Shown: positions 20,447-30,973 of the stretch, in pieces
How positions within the stretch are numbered: position 1 is the first letter of the stretch
Layout: the number at the start of each line of letters is the position of its first letter
NCBI GenBank assembly: GCA_964415835.1
Contig: CAYQCA010000005.1
Coordinates: 1 to 49,627, forward strand
Reading direction: 5' to 3'
From: an uncultured Clostridium sp.
GTDB lineage: Bacteria; Bacillota; Clostridia; Acetivibrionales; DSM-1351
DNA length: 49,627 nt
The notes under the pieces: model-generated
The model's input: the letters and a program-made list of their open reading frames with translations, nothing else
Databases searched by the model: none
Told to the model about the DNA's origin: nothing
Translations under genes and position numbers: made by a program

Positions 20447-21037
20447 CTAACACAAAACCTGCCGGTCTCGTCTGCTGACATCTATTAATATACTGTTTCG
20501 TGCCTCAATAGTAAATGGGTGAATTAAACCATTCTGGCTAATAACGTATTTTATAACATTGTCAAATGCACATACCAATGCACTGTCAATATTTGCAAAC
20601 GCCAGTTCCCTGGCTCTTGCAAGTTCGCTGTGAGTCCTTCCCGGTTCAATATAATCTGCCAAAAAAATTATTTTATCCAGCATATTCATATTTGAAAAGC
20701 CTGTTGAATGATATTTAATTGAATTAAGTATCATCTGATCATCTACATCATACTTTTCCTTTGCTATTATTGCTCCCACTGCCCCATGCATCAGAAAAAT
20801 CTGATTTTTTTCTATCTCATTTAGTGCAAGTCCGTTTGACCTGCAATACAATATTGTCTCTTCATCACTCAGATCTTTGGCACAATCGTGAAGCAATCCG
20901 GCAATTGCAGCCTTATCCTTATCTTCGCCGTAACGCTCAGCCAGCGATATTGCTACCTTCATTGTATTAATAGAATGAATATATCTATGCGGTTTTAATG
21001 ACTGCTTAAGCAGCTCGTCCATTTGTTCCAGATTCAT
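20447..21037 (-). CDS. yqeK: HD-domain symmetrical Ap4A hydrolase
   Basis: RYIHS, GLLHDCAK, ADYIEPGR; downstream of nadD. Confidence 0.9.
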   Translation of the reverse strand: MNLEQMDELLKQSLKPHRYIHSINTMKVAISLAERYGEDKDKAAIAGLLHDCAKDLSDEETILYCRSNGLALNEIEKNQIFLMHGAVGAIIAKEKYDVDDQMILNSIKYHSTGFSNMNMLDKIIFLADYIEPGRTHSELARARELAFANIDSALVCAFDNVIKYVISQNGLIHPFTIEARNSILIDVSRRDRQVLC

Positions 21038-21049
21038 ATTATTGGCCCT

Positions 21050-21670
21050 CTATTTTAAATATAAATTGTTCTTACATATATAATCTTCAACACACTCGGG
21101 TACCATGTATTTTATAGATTGTTTTTTTGTGATTAAATCCCTGATACCGGTTGAAGAGATTTCAATCAGCGGCGCCTGAAATGTTGTCAGCTTTATATTG
21201 TATTTTTCCTTTAAATATTTTATTTGCGAATCAAATTCTTCGTTGGAAAAACCCGGCCTCATTACGGCAATGAACTCTGTCAGCCTAAAAACCTCCTCAG
21301 GATTTCTCCATGTGAGTAAATCCATTACTACATCAGCACCTATTATATAGTAAAATTGGACTTTGGTGCTATATAAAGAGTTCAATTGTTTAAGCGTATC
21401 TACAGCAAAAGTATAGCCTTCTCTTTTAACCTCTATATCAACAGCTTCAAAGTACGGATTTGAACCGATAGCACATTTTACCATATTAAGTCTGTGAAAA
21501 GGGTCTGTAACATTGTTTATGTCTTTATGTGGAGGCATTCCGGTAGGTACAAATAAAACCTTATCCAAATTGAAATGGCACCGTACCTGCTCTGCAATTG
21601 TAAGATGCCCTATATGAATAGGATCAAAGGTACCTCCGCATATGCCGATTTTCAATTTTTTATTCTCCAT
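21050..21670 (-). CDS. nadD: Nicotinate-nucleotide adenylyltransferase
   Basis: GGTFDPIHIGH, PPHK, IIGAD, EISST. Confidence 0.96.
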   Translation of the reverse strand: MENKKLKIGICGGTFDPIHIGHLTIAEQVRCHFNLDKVLFVPTGMPPHKDINNVTDPFHRLNMVKCAIGSNPYFEAVDIEVKREGYTFAVDTLKQLNSLYSTKVQFYYIIGADVVMDLLTWRNPEEVFRLTEFIAVMRPGFSNEEFDSQIKYLKEKYNIKLTTFQAPLIEISSTGIRDLITKKQSIKYMVPECVEDYICKNNLYLK

Positions 21671-21762
21671 AAAGATTTCCCTTCTTATAATATATTAAAG
21701 CCGATACAGAGAACATTATAACATAAAATCATATAATATATTGATGGGTTTTTTTGTTTTCT

Positions 21763-21808
21763 AATATTGATTTGAAATATTGATTTAACGATAAAATTTT
21801 CATATAAT
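21763..21808 (+). promoter_or_regulatory. SigA promoter of the TA module with an overlapping direct repeat
   Basis: TTGATT(21780)-17 nt-TATAAT(21803); AATATTGATTT at 21763 and 21776. Confidence 0.6.
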
Positions 21809-21842
21809 TATGATAATATTTCGAAAAATTGAGGTGTGATTT

Positions 21843-22109
21843 ATGATTCAAATCCGACCTGTTTCAGATTTAAGAAACAAGTTTCCAGAAATTGAAGATT
21901 TAGTGATAAAGGAAGGTCAGCCTGTATATTTGACCAAAAACGGTTATGGTTCTATGGTTGTACTAAGTCTTGAAAAATATGCAGAATTAACAGATGATTT
22001 AGAAATTAAACTGGATGAAGCTGATAAAGAAGCTGACTCTACTGATATCAGAAGCACACATGATGAAGTCTTTTCAAGAGTGAGGGCCAAAATAGATGAT
22101 GGACGGTGA
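21843..22109 (+). CDS. Phd/YefM family antitoxin
   Basis: IRPVSDLRN...PVYLTKNGYGSMVVLSLEKY, acidic C-terminus; GAGGTG RBS. Confidence 0.9.
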   Translation: MIQIRPVSDLRNKFPEIEDLVIKEGQPVYLTKNGYGSMVVLSLEKYAELTDDLEIKLDEADKEADSTDIRSTHDEVFSRVRAKIDDGR

Positions 22110-22287
22110 ATATACGTTAAGATACATTCCTCAATTTGAAAAGGACCTTAACCAGATTGTGGACCACATTGTATTTAAGCTCCGTACACCTTCTAGTGCA
22201 ATAAGTCTTGTTAACAAGATTGAAAATGCTATTTTAGACAGACTACATTATCCATTGTCTTTTGATGCAAATAAATTTATAAAATAA
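22096..22287 (+). pseudogene. RelE/ParE family toxin, C-terminally truncated
   Basis: YTLRYIPQFEKDLNQIVDHI N-terminus overlapping the antitoxin stop; only 63 aa, lacking the C-terminal beta-sheet half. Confidence 0.72.
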
Positions 22288-22295
22288 AATCTGAA

Positions 22296-22336
22296 CCAGA
22301 AATCCTGTACTACAATATAATATACAGGATTTCTGG
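22296..22336. terminator. Hairpin between the convergent TA and purD genes
   Basis: 14-bp stem CCAGAAATCCTGTA / TACAGGATTTCTGG. Confidence 0.7.
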
Positions 22337-22356
22337 GAATACTAAAATATATAATT

Positions 22357-23616
22357 TTACTTTCTTCCTATATCTTTTCTATAGTGTATTCCTTCAAAGC
22401 TTATTTTTTCTATACCTGCATAAGCCTTTTTAATTGCCTCTTCCATTGTATTCTCAACCGCTGTAACTCCAAGAACTCTTCCACCTGCAGTATAGAATTT
22501 GCCATCCTTGTGTGAAGTGCCGGCATGAAATACTATTGTTTTCCCATTTGATTCCGCGTCTTCAATACCGTTGATTTCCATACCTGTTGTGTATTTGCCC
22601 GGATACCCTCCTGAGGCTGCTACAACACAGACTGCAGCATTATCATTCCACTCAATATTTACATCAGAAAGTCTTTCATCTATAATAGCTTCAAAAATTT
22701 CTAATAAATCAGTCTTTAGTCTGGGTAAAACCACTTGTGTTTCCGGATCTCCAAACCTTGCATTGTATTCCAGAACCTTTGGCCCTTCCTTTGTAAGCAT
22801 CAAGCCAAAGTACAGAACCCCTTTAAATGAACGCCCCTCTTTGTTCATAGCTTCAATAGTCGGAACAAAAATTTCTTTCATGCAGTATTCGGCAAGCTTT
22901 TGGTCATACAAAGGGCTTGGTGAAAATGTACCCATGCCGCCTGTATTTGGGCCCTGATCATGGTCGAAAGCCCGTTTATGATCCTGGGAGGATACCATTG
23001 GAACAATTGCTTTTCCATCTGTGAAAGCCAGTATTGATACCTCGGGGCCTTCTATAAATTCCTCTATTACAACCCTGCTGCCTGCCTCACCAAAAACCTT
23101 GCCGGTCATCATATCAATTACAGCAGTTTTGGCTTCTTCTATCGTTTTAGCAATTATAACACCTTTTCCTAATGCCAAACCATCAGCTTTTACAACTATG
23201 GGCGCCTTACAGGTATCAAGATACTTTAAAGCGTTAGTGCAATCTTCAAATACCATATATCCTGCTGTAGGAATGTTGTATTTTTTCATCAAATCCTTGG
23301 AAAACGCCTTGCTGCCCTCGATGATAGCTGCTGCCTTAACAGGTCCGAAAGCACGTATACCAACCTCGTTGAGCCTGTCAACCATACCTGCTGCCAGTGG
23401 ATCATCCGGTGCAACTACTACTAAATCCATCTCATTTTCTTTGGAGTAATTTACTATTCCATCTATATCTGTAGCTTTTAAGGAAACACATGTAGCCAGC
23501 TTAGAAATACCACCATTTCCAGGCGCACAGAATAATTCAGTTACCTTTGGGCTCTGAGCAAGCTTCCATACTATCGTATGCTCTCGTCCCCCGCCTCCAA
23601 CAACCAATACTTTCAT
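22357..23616 (-). CDS. purD: Phosphoribosylamine--glycine ligase
   Basis: MKVLVVGGGGREH, KADGLALGKGV, GPNTGGMG, EYNARFGDPE; start set to ATG 23616. Confidence 0.98.
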   Translation of the reverse strand: MKVLVVGGGGREHTIVWKLAQSPKVTELFCAPGNGGISKLATCVSLKATDIDGIVNYSKENEMDLVVVAPDDPLAAGMVDRLNEVGIRAFGPVKAAAIIEGSKAFSKDLMKKYNIPTAGYMVFEDCTNALKYLDTCKAPIVVKADGLALGKGVIIAKTIEEAKTAVIDMMTGKVFGEAGSRVVIEEFIEGPEVSILAFTDGKAIVPMVSSQDHKRAFDHDQGPNTGGMGTFSPSPLYDQKLAEYCMKEIFVPTIEAMNKEGRSFKGVLYFGLMLTKEGPKVLEYNARFGDPETQVVLPRLKTDLLEIFEAIIDERLSDVNIEWNDNAAVCVVAASGGYPGKYTTGMEINGIEDAESNGKTIVFHAGTSHKDGKFYTAGGRVLGVTAVENTMEEAIKKAYAGIEKISFEGIHYRKDIGRK

Positions 23617-23627
23617 ATTGACCTCCA

Positions 23628-25172
23628 TTAATGTTTGAAATGTCTCATTCCGGTAAATACCATAGCAATTCCAAATTTGTTGCAAGCATCAATTGATTCC
23701 TGATCTTTAATTGATCCACCTGGCTGGATAATTGCCTTTATACCTGCGGCTGCGGCTGCTTCTACGCAGTCTGAGAATGGGAAGAAAGCATCCGAAGCCA
23801 TTACCGCCCCATTTGATCTCTCTCCTGCATATTCGATTGCTACTCTGGTAGGAACTATTCTGTTTGTCTGTCCAGGACCTACACCGATTGTCTGCTTGCC
23901 TTTTGCAAGTGCAATACCATTTGATTTTGTATGCTTAACAACCTTCATTGCAAATATCAGATCTTCCATTTGCTCATTTGTTGGCTTTAAATCAGTTACA
24001 ACTTTTATATCCTCTTTGTTGAACAGCTCACTGTTGTACTTTTGAACTAAAAGTCCGCCTGCTACCTTTTTCATATCAAGTGTATCTGCAGGAAGTTTCT
24101 CTTCAATTCCTTCAAGCTTTAAAAGTCTGATATTTTTCTTTTGAGCAAGTATAGCAACTGCTTCAACTGAAAATGAAGGAGCTATAACTATTTCAACAAA
24201 TATCTTATTTATCTCTTCAGCTGTTTTAGCATCAATTTCTCTATTTGCAGCAATAATTCCGCCGAAAATTGAAACCGGATCTGATTCGTAGGCCCTCATA
24301 TATGCATCATATATATTACCGGCACTTCCAACTCCACATGGATTTGTATGCTTTACTGCAACAACAGTAGGTTCATCAAATTCCTTAATAAGCTCAATTG
24401 CTCCGTTTGTATCATTGATGTTATTATAGGATAGTTCCTTTCCATGGAATTGAACTGCACTTGGAAGAACTCCTCTATTAGCACCTACTTCTTTATAGAA
24501 TACGGCTTTTTGGTGAGGATTTTCACCATAGCGCATATCCTGTACTTTTTCATAGGTAAGGGAAAGGGTTTCAGGAAAGTCGATGTCTCCGAGAGTATCT
24601 CTTAAATATTTTGCAATAAGTGTATCATAGTGGCTGGTGTGTTCAAAAACCTTGTATGCAAGCCTGAACTTAGTTTTAACACTGACATCACCGGTTTCAT
24701 CCATTTCGGTAAGAACTTTTTCATAGTCTGCAGGATCAACAATTACCGTAACATCCTGGTAATTTTTCGCAGCTGCCCTTATCATAGTGGGTCCACCGAT
24801 GTCTATATTCTCAATCGCTTCTTCAAGCTCTACATGACCTTTTAAAATTGTCTGTTTGAATGGGTACAGGTTTATAACCACCATATCGATAGTTTCAACA
24901 CCCAATTCCTTTATCTGCTTCATATGTTCTTCGTTACTTCTCATTGCCAGAATTCCTGCATGAACCTTTGGGTGCAATGTCTTAACTCTTCCGTCCAGAC
25001 ACTCGGGAAACCCTGTAATGTCTGAAATATTGATAACTTTTATACCTGCGGCGGACAATGCTTTTTCAGTTCCACCCGTAGAAATAATCTCCACACCTTT
25101 TTCAGCAAGCGCTGCAGCAAATTCTACTATACCTGTTTTGTCTGAAACGCTAATTAATGCACGCTTAATCAT
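23628..25172 (-). CDS. purH: AICAR transformylase / IMP cyclohydrolase
   Basis: [35 protein letters not shown]. Confidence 0.98.
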   Translation of the reverse strand: MIKRALISVSDKTGIVEFAAALAEKGVEIISTGGTEKALSAAGIKVINISDITGFPECLDGRVKTLHPKVHAGILAMRSNEEHMKQIKELGVETIDMVVINLYPFKQTILKGHVELEEAIENIDIGGPTMIRAAAKNYQDVTVIVDPADYEKVLTEMDETGDVSVKTKFRLAYKVFEHTSHYDTLIAKYLRDTLGDIDFPETLSLTYEKVQDMRYGENPHQKAVFYKEVGANRGVLPSAVQFHGKELSYNNINDTNGAIELIKEFDEPTVVAVKHTNPCGVGSAGNIYDAYMRAYESDPVSIFGGIIAANREIDAKTAEEINKIFVEIVIAPSFSVEAVAILAQKKNIRLLKLEGIEEKLPADTLDMKKVAGGLLVQKYNSELFNKEDIKVVTDLKPTNEQMEDLIFAMKVVKHTKSNGIALAKGKQTIGVGPGQTNRIVPTRVAIEYAGERSNGAVMASDAFFPFSDCVEAAAAAGIKAIIQPGGSIKDQESIDACNKFGIAMVFTGMRHFKH

Positions 25173-25232
25173 AAACCTACCTCCATGATAAACTTATTAA
25201 TAATAATATTTACTCAGCATAATCACTGAGAT

Positions 25233-25856
25233 TTAAACGATCTTAACTCTCTTGCCTTCTATTATGAGCCTGTTTTCAGCGAAAAGCTTTATAGCCTCCG
25301 GGAGTATTTCCCATTCCGCTTGCTCCATAACTCTTCTTTGAAGGGTTTCAGGTGTATCATTATCTTCAACATATACTGCCTTTTGCAGTATAATTGGGCC
25401 GGCATCTGCCTCAAGCTCAACAAAATGGACTGTCGCACCGGTTACCTTAAGTCCGGAAATTAAAACATGTTCGTGTGGAATAATTCCAAAAAAGCCTTTA
25501 CCACAGAACGCCGGAATAAGTGATGGATGTATATTTATAACTCTGTTGGCGAAATGCTTGTTAAACCGCTCTCCTAAAATAGACATAAAACCCGCCATAA
25601 CAATCAATTCAACACCATGCTCATCAAAATGCCTAATTAATGCTTCATCATATTGATCTATACTCCCGAAAGCCTTTTTAGATATACAAGTACCCGGAAT
25701 TCCGTGTTTTTTTGCTCTTTCCAGTGCATAAGCATCAGGTTTGCTTGAAACCACGGTAGCAATCATTACATTTTTTATATATCCGTTTTCTATTTTGTCT
25801 ATTATGGCTTGAAGGTTTGAACCGCCTCCGGAGACCAATACACCAACCTTTAGCAT
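25233..25856 (-). CDS. purN: Phosphoribosylglycinamide formyltransferase
   Basis: [28 protein letters not shown]. Confidence 0.97.
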   Translation of the reverse strand: MLKVGVLVSGGGSNLQAIIDKIENGYIKNVMIATVVSSKPDAYALERAKKHGIPGTCISKKAFGSIDQYDEALIRHFDEHGVELIVMAGFMSILGERFNKHFANRVINIHPSLIPAFCGKGFFGIIPHEHVLISGLKVTGATVHFVELEADAGPIILQKAVYVEDNDTPETLQRRVMEQAEWEILPEAIKLFAENRLIIEGKRVKIV

Positions 25857-26872
25857 ATTTCCACCCCGGCTTCACCTTCTGTTATTGAACCTATAATGAA
25901 GGCATCTTCTCCGGTTGATTTCAAGTAAGCTGTTATTTCCTCTGCCTTGTCTTCATCTACAGCCAAAACCATCCCAATTCCCATATTAAAGGTATTAAAT
26001 ATATCTTTATCGCTCATTTTGCCCAAATCTCTAAGTAGCTCAAAAATCGGGAGTACCGGCCAGGTTCCTTTTTTAATATTTACTCTTAGACCCTCAGGAA
26101 TCATTCTTGGAATATTTTCAATGAATCCTCCTCCGGTAATATGAGAAATACCTTTGATATCAAACTTTTCTATTAAATCAAGTATTGTCTTTACATAAAT
26201 TTTGGTGGGCTTTAAAAGCTCTTCACCCAGTGTGCAGCCTAACTTTTCAACATACTCGGGCAGATTGGTTTCTGTAGGATTTATAAGCTTTCTGACTAAA
26301 GAATACCCATTGCTGTGAATACCGGAGGAAGGCAAACCAATCAGTTTATCTCCTGCCTTTATCTTCTTTCCGTCAATTATTTTATTTCTATCAACTATAC
26401 CTACAGTAAAACCGGCCAAATCATATTCATCCACAGGATAAAATCCCGGCATCTCTGCAGTTTCACCGCCGATTAAAGCACATCCCGACTGTACGCAGCC
26501 CTCAGCTACACCCTTAACAATATCAGCAACTTTTTCAGGATAATTCTTACCTACGGCTACATAGTCAAGAAAGAATAACGGTTCTGCGCCGCTGCATACA
26601 ACATCGTTTACGCACATTGCAACGCAGTCGATACCTACCGAATCATGCTTATTCATAAGAAATGCAATTTTTAGCTTTGTCCCGACTCCATCTGTTCCCG
26701 AGACCAAAACAGGCTGCTCGTACTTAGATTTATCCAAGCCAAAAAGCCCGCCAAATCCACCCAGTTCAGTCATAACCTCTGGTCTGAATGTCCTTTTCAC
26801 ATGGTTTTTCATAAGTTTTACTGCTTCATAGCCTGCCTCAACATCCACACCTGCATCTCTGTAAGTAGTCAT
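25850..26872 (-). CDS. purM: AIR synthase
   Basis: [36 protein letters not shown]. Confidence 0.98.
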   Translation of the reverse strand: MTTYRDAGVDVEAGYEAVKLMKNHVKRTFRPEVMTELGGFGGLFGLDKSKYEQPVLVSGTDGVGTKLKIAFLMNKHDSVGIDCVAMCVNDVVCSGAEPLFFLDYVAVGKNYPEKVADIVKGVAEGCVQSGCALIGGETAEMPGFYPVDEYDLAGFTVGIVDRNKIIDGKKIKAGDKLIGLPSSGIHSNGYSLVRKLINPTETNLPEYVEKLGCTLGEELLKPTKIYVKTILDLIEKFDIKGISHITGGGFIENIPRMIPEGLRVNIKKGTWPVLPIFELLRDLGKMSDKDIFNTFNMGIGMVLAVDEDKAEEITAYLKSTGEDAFIIGSITEGEAGVEIC

Positions 26873-26909
26873 TTATTTACCCTCCAAAATATTTTTTCAA
26901 TCTATACAG

Positions 26910-28376
26910 TTAACAACCGCAACTAAACTTATCTCCTTCTGCAGGAACCTCTATGGGATAATTACCATCAAGGCATGCCGTACAGAATCCGCACTTAGCA
27001 TCTACAGGAGTCCTGAGTAACCCTTCAAGACTTAAATAGCCTAAAGTATCTGCACATATCATTTCTCTTATTTCATCGACAGATAGTCTGTCAGCTACAA
27101 GCTCTTTTCTGGATGAAATATCTATTCCGAAATAACATGGAAATTTCAGAGGTGGTGAGCTGACTCTCATATGAACCTCTTTTGCACCTGCTTTTTTCAA
27201 AATCTGAACAATACGTCTGGTAGTAGTACCTCTTACTATTGAATCATCTATTATAACAACTCTTTTACCCTCTATAGTCTTTTTAATGGCATTGTGCTTT
27301 ATTCTGACAGCTGTTTCTCTCATACCCTGGCTTGGCTGAATAAATGTTCTGCCTATATATTTATTTTTTACTATTCCCTCTCCATAAGGAATACCTGATT
27401 GTTTTGAAAATCCAATTGCGGCTGAAATACCTGAGTCCGGAACTCCTATTACCACGTCGGCTTCTACCGGATTTTCTATTGCAAGTCGTTTTCCTGCTTC
27501 GTATCTTGATTGCTGAACACTTGCACCGTCAATTACACTATCAGGTCTTGCAAAATAAACAAATTCGAATATGCATAGTTTGGTATTATTAAAATTAAAA
27601 GGTCTGATTGATTTTAGCTCATTATTTTCAATTACAATTATTTCTCCAGGCTCAACATCTCTTATAAATTCAGCATTAACTGCGTCAAGTGCACAGGACT
27701 CTGATGCTATAACATAGGTTGATGAAGTTTTTCCAACACATAATGGCCTTATTCCGAACGGATCTCTTACCCCAAGCATTTTTTTGCCGGACATCAGTAT
27801 TAATCCGTATGAGCCCTTGACATCCTTCATCATTTTTTCAACAGCTTCTTCAAGTGTATTAGATGTAATGCTATGTTTTGTAATCAAATTTACAAGAACT
27901 TCGGTATCATTAGTAGTTTGGAATATTGTACCGCTATCCTCCATTTGCTCACGGAGAATAGGGGCATTGACAATGTTTCCGTTATGAGCCAGCGCAATTT
28001 GTCCGTTTCTTGATCTGACAACTATCGGTTGTGCATTTTCACGGCGGCTTGCACCTGTAGTGGAATAGCGGACATGTCCAATTGCCATCGTGCCCTTTAA
28101 ATGATTCAATACTACCCTGTCAAATATTTCAGGAACCAGGCCCATGTCCTTGTGAAAAAAGATTGATTCACTGTCACTTACTGCAATACCTGCACTTTCC
28201 TGACCTCTGTGTTGAAGTGAGTAAAGCCCGTAGTATGTTAAGCCAGCCACATCTATATTATTATCACTGTCAGGTGAATAAACTCCGAATACCCCACACT
28301 CTTCATGCATTTTGTCCATTCGTTCATCCAGGCAATCTAAATTTTCGCATTTCAAGCATTGACCAAAATCACACAT
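26910..28376 (-). CDS. purF: Amidophosphoribosyltransferase
   Basis: EE/CGVFG, LQHRGQE, GHVRYST, DDSIVRGTT, Fe-S cysteines (CTAC). Confidence 0.98.
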   Translation of the reverse strand: MCDFGQCLKCENLDCLDERMDKMHEECGVFGVYSPDSDNNIDVAGLTYYGLYSLQHRGQESAGIAVSDSESIFFHKDMGLVPEIFDRVVLNHLKGTMAIGHVRYSTTGASRRENAQPIVVRSRNGQIALAHNGNIVNAPILREQMEDSGTIFQTTNDTEVLVNLITKHSITSNTLEEAVEKMMKDVKGSYGLILMSGKKMLGVRDPFGIRPLCVGKTSSTYVIASESCALDAVNAEFIRDVEPGEIIVIENNELKSIRPFNFNNTKLCIFEFVYFARPDSVIDGASVQQSRYEAGKRLAIENPVEADVVIGVPDSGISAAIGFSKQSGIPYGEGIVKNKYIGRTFIQPSQGMRETAVRIKHNAIKKTIEGKRVVIIDDSIVRGTTTRRIVQILKKAGAKEVHMRVSSPPLKFPCYFGIDISSRKELVADRLSVDEIREMICADTLGYLSLEGLLRTPVDAKCGFCTACLDGNYPIEVPAEGDKFSCGC

Positions 28377-28408
28377 AGTTTACCCCTTCTACTTTTTAAT
28401 TGATATAT

Positions 28409-28921
28409 TTATATTTCCTTCAGCTTCTTTTGCAGCTCAATATTTTTTTGTTCAACTTTTTCTGCTAAAGATTTTTTGTAGTCGATCATTTTGTGTCTTA
28501 ATTCGTGATATGCAACTGAAAGTATTTGGACTGCCAGAAGTGCAGCATTTTCAGCGCCATCTATCGCAACAGTTGCAACAGGTATTCCGGATGGCATTTG
28601 AACTATTGACAACAAAGAATCCAAACCGTCCATCGTGGAGGATTTTATAGGAACTCCAATAACGGGAACCGGGGTATATGCAGCCAGTACACCAGGCAAA
28701 TGTGCAGCTTTTCCTGCCGCAGCAATAATTACATCAACGCCATTAGCTTCAGCATTTTTTGCGAATTCCGATGCCTTATCAGGTGTTCTATGTGCTGAAC
28801 ACACCATAACTTCGCAATCAACTTCAAAGTCCTTTAATATCTTTATGCATTTACTCATTACCGACAAATCAGAATCGCTTCCCATGATAACTGCTACTTT
28901 AGCATCCTTAGAAATACACAT
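28409..28921 (-). CDS. purE: N5-CAIR mutase / AIR carboxylase
   Basis: MGSDSD, SAHRTP, AAHLPG, SIVQMPSGIPVATV. Confidence 0.97.
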   Translation of the reverse strand: MCISKDAKVAVIMGSDSDLSVMSKCIKILKDFEVDCEVMVCSAHRTPDKASEFAKNAEANGVDVIIAAAGKAAHLPGVLAAYTPVPVIGVPIKSSTMDGLDSLLSIVQMPSGIPVATVAIDGAENAALLAVQILSVAYHELRHKMIDYKKSLAEKVEQKNIELQKKLKEI

Positions 28922-28939
28922 TTATATACCCTCCTAAAA

Positions 28940-29080
28940 TTAGCATGAACATTTTTTGCGTTTTTTTTAAAATTATTCGTGTTTTTATATATTAATATTA
29001 ACAAACATCAAACACTGTTGTCAATTTAAAAGGACAAAAAAGCGAACATTTTTTTAATGTCCGCTTTTAATATTCGGATA
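28940..29080 (-). promoter_or_regulatory. pur operon promoter with PurBox-like PurR sites
   Basis: TTGACA(29019-29024)...TG-T-TAATAT; boxes AAACACGAATAAT(-), AAAAGCGAACATT(+), AAAAGCGGACATT(-), ATCCGAATATT(-). Confidence 0.7.
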
Positions 29081-29095
29081 ATAGTGATATAGGTA

Positions 29096-30973
29096 TTAAG
29101 AATTTATCGGTATTTTTATTGTAACAACAGTACCTATACCATATTTGCTATAAATCTCAACCCCATAATTAACTCCATATTGAATCTGAATTCTTTCATT
29201 TACATTCTTTATTCCATAGCTTTTGGTATTTTCATTTGTCAACAGTCCGAGTTGTTTATCTGACCTGATACCTATACCGTCATCTATTATAGTAAATATA
29301 ATAGAATCATTATCCTTTCTTGCAGACAATAATATATTTATTGGCCAGGTTCTATTATATATAGCATGCTCAAAGATATTTTCAACAAATGGTTGAAGTA
29401 TTACCTTAACTGTTTTAAATTCTAAAACTTCGGGTTCGATGTCATAATAGACATTAAAAAAATCTCGTTTTCTGATATAGTATATATCGATATAAGCCTT
29501 CACCTGTTCGATTTCACCTTCAATAGAAATAATATTTCTGCCATTATTGAGTGTCATTCTATAGAAGTTTGTTAAACAACGAACCATATATGAAACCTTT
29601 TCTGATTCACCCAAAGACGATAATCTGCTGATAGCTGAAAGTGAATTATACAGAAAATGTGGATTAATCTGAGCCTGCAAAGCTTTTAGCTCATATTCCT
29701 TTTTATCAATTTTGGCCTTATAAACATCTTTAATCAATGTATTTATTCTTACAACCATGTCATTATAAGATCTTGCTAGATATCCAATTTCATCATTATG
29801 AGTATCTATCAGTTTAGTATCCAGTACTATATTTTCATTTTGATATGCAGAAATATAATGTGTTATATTCGTTATTCTTTTTGAAAAAACAGATGAAATT
29901 CTATAGGTAATAAAAAACAACAATATAAAAGAACCCATTAAAGCAATCAGTGTTATGGATTTAATTTTACCGGCACCAATTTTAATCTGTTCAATGGGAT
30001 AGATGCTCAACATTATCCATTCTGTATTAGGGATTATTCTTTTAATAATAACATTATCGAGAACTATTAAGCTTTTATTTTGTTGTGATGATAAAATCAG
30101 GGACATTATTTTGTCTTTATTTTTATTAAGATAATTTATTTTATCGATTTCAGGAGATAATAATTCTCCCGACTTATCAAAAAACAAGCTAAAACCTTTA
30201 TATGAATTGCTGTCAATTTTTTCTTCATTAAATATATCCACTAGTTTTACCGTTAATTTAATTAATCCGATTTTCTCATCCTGAAAATCATCAAAGTTAT
30301 CAATCTCTTTTAATAACGATATACTCTTGAATTGTTTATCTTTAGATATCTGAACCCATTTGTAGTCATCAACATTACTCCGTATTTGCTTAAACCATTG
30401 CTTATCTTTTACCCTTTCAATATTATAAAATTGAAAGTTTTGACCGCTTAAATCCTTTAATTCATAATCATATGCCTGAGAATCTTTCGTTTTATTTCCA
30501 GAATATTCGGATTGTTTAATATCAATAATATCATCATAATTACTTCCGATTATTTCAATAGGATTATCTCCATAAGAAATAATTGAAAGATTTGTCGCAT
30601 TGGGTTTAATACTGAAAATAGTCTGTACTTTCGGCATTAGGTAATCGTTCTTAAACACAACCTGGTCATAATAATAATTAGGGTTTACCTTATAATACTT
30701 GCCGCTTATAAAATCATGCATTTTTTGATCATAGTAAATTCCATTACACAAGTTAATATATTCTACCAAATTATTAACTACATTTGCTTCATATTTCTCC
30801 TGTGCCTGCATTAAATTACTGATACTTTGTTTCTCCAAATTTGAAATAGATACATTATAAGATAATACACCAATAAAAATAACAGGTATAATTGCAGTGA
30901 AAAAGTAGGAAAATATTAACTTATAAAAAAACTTTTTATTAGAGATCCAATGGTTTAATATTCTATGTATCAT
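29096..30973 (-). CDS. YesM/LytS-type sensor histidine kinase
   Basis: Two TM with a large extracellular domain, HAMP (DEIGYL), LQAQINPHFLYN, LQPFVEN, DDGIG. Confidence 0.94.
   Translation of the reverse strand: MIHRILNHWISNKKFFYKLIFSYFFTAIIPVIFIGVLSYNVSISNLEKQSISNLMQAQEKYEANVVNNLVEYINLCNGIYYDQKMHDFISGKYYKVNPNYYYDQVVFKNDYLMPKVQTIFSIKPNATNLSIISYGDNPIEIIGSNYDDIIDIKQSEYSGNKTKDSQAYDYELKDLSGQNFQFYNIERVKDKQWFKQIRSNVDDYKWVQISKDKQFKSISLLKEIDNFDDFQDEKIGLIKLTVKLVDIFNEEKIDSNSYKGFSLFFDKSGELLSPEIDKINYLNKNKDKIMSLILSSQQNKSLIVLDNVIIKRIIPNTEWIMLSIYPIEQIKIGAGKIKSITLIALMGSFILLFFITYRISSVFSKRITNITHYISAYQNENIVLDTKLIDTHNDEIGYLARSYNDMVVRINTLIKDVYKAKIDKKEYELKALQAQINPHFLYNSLSAISRLSSLGESEKVSYMVRCLTNFYRMTLNNGRNIISIEGEIEQVKAYIDIYYIRKRDFFNVYYDIEPEVLEFKTVKVILQPFVENIFEHAIYNRTWPINILLSARKDNDSIIFTIIDDGIGIRSDKQLGLLTNENTKSYGIKNVNERIQIQYGVNYGVEIYSKYGIGTVVTIKIPINS

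Noticed and set aside
22357-28921. pur cluster lacks purK, purC, purL and purB
   Set aside because: Split pur clusters and absence of purK are common in clostridia
28925-29095. Purine or ZMP riboswitch upstream of purE
   Set aside because: No aptamer consensus seen and the leader is short; PurBox-like sites explain the region
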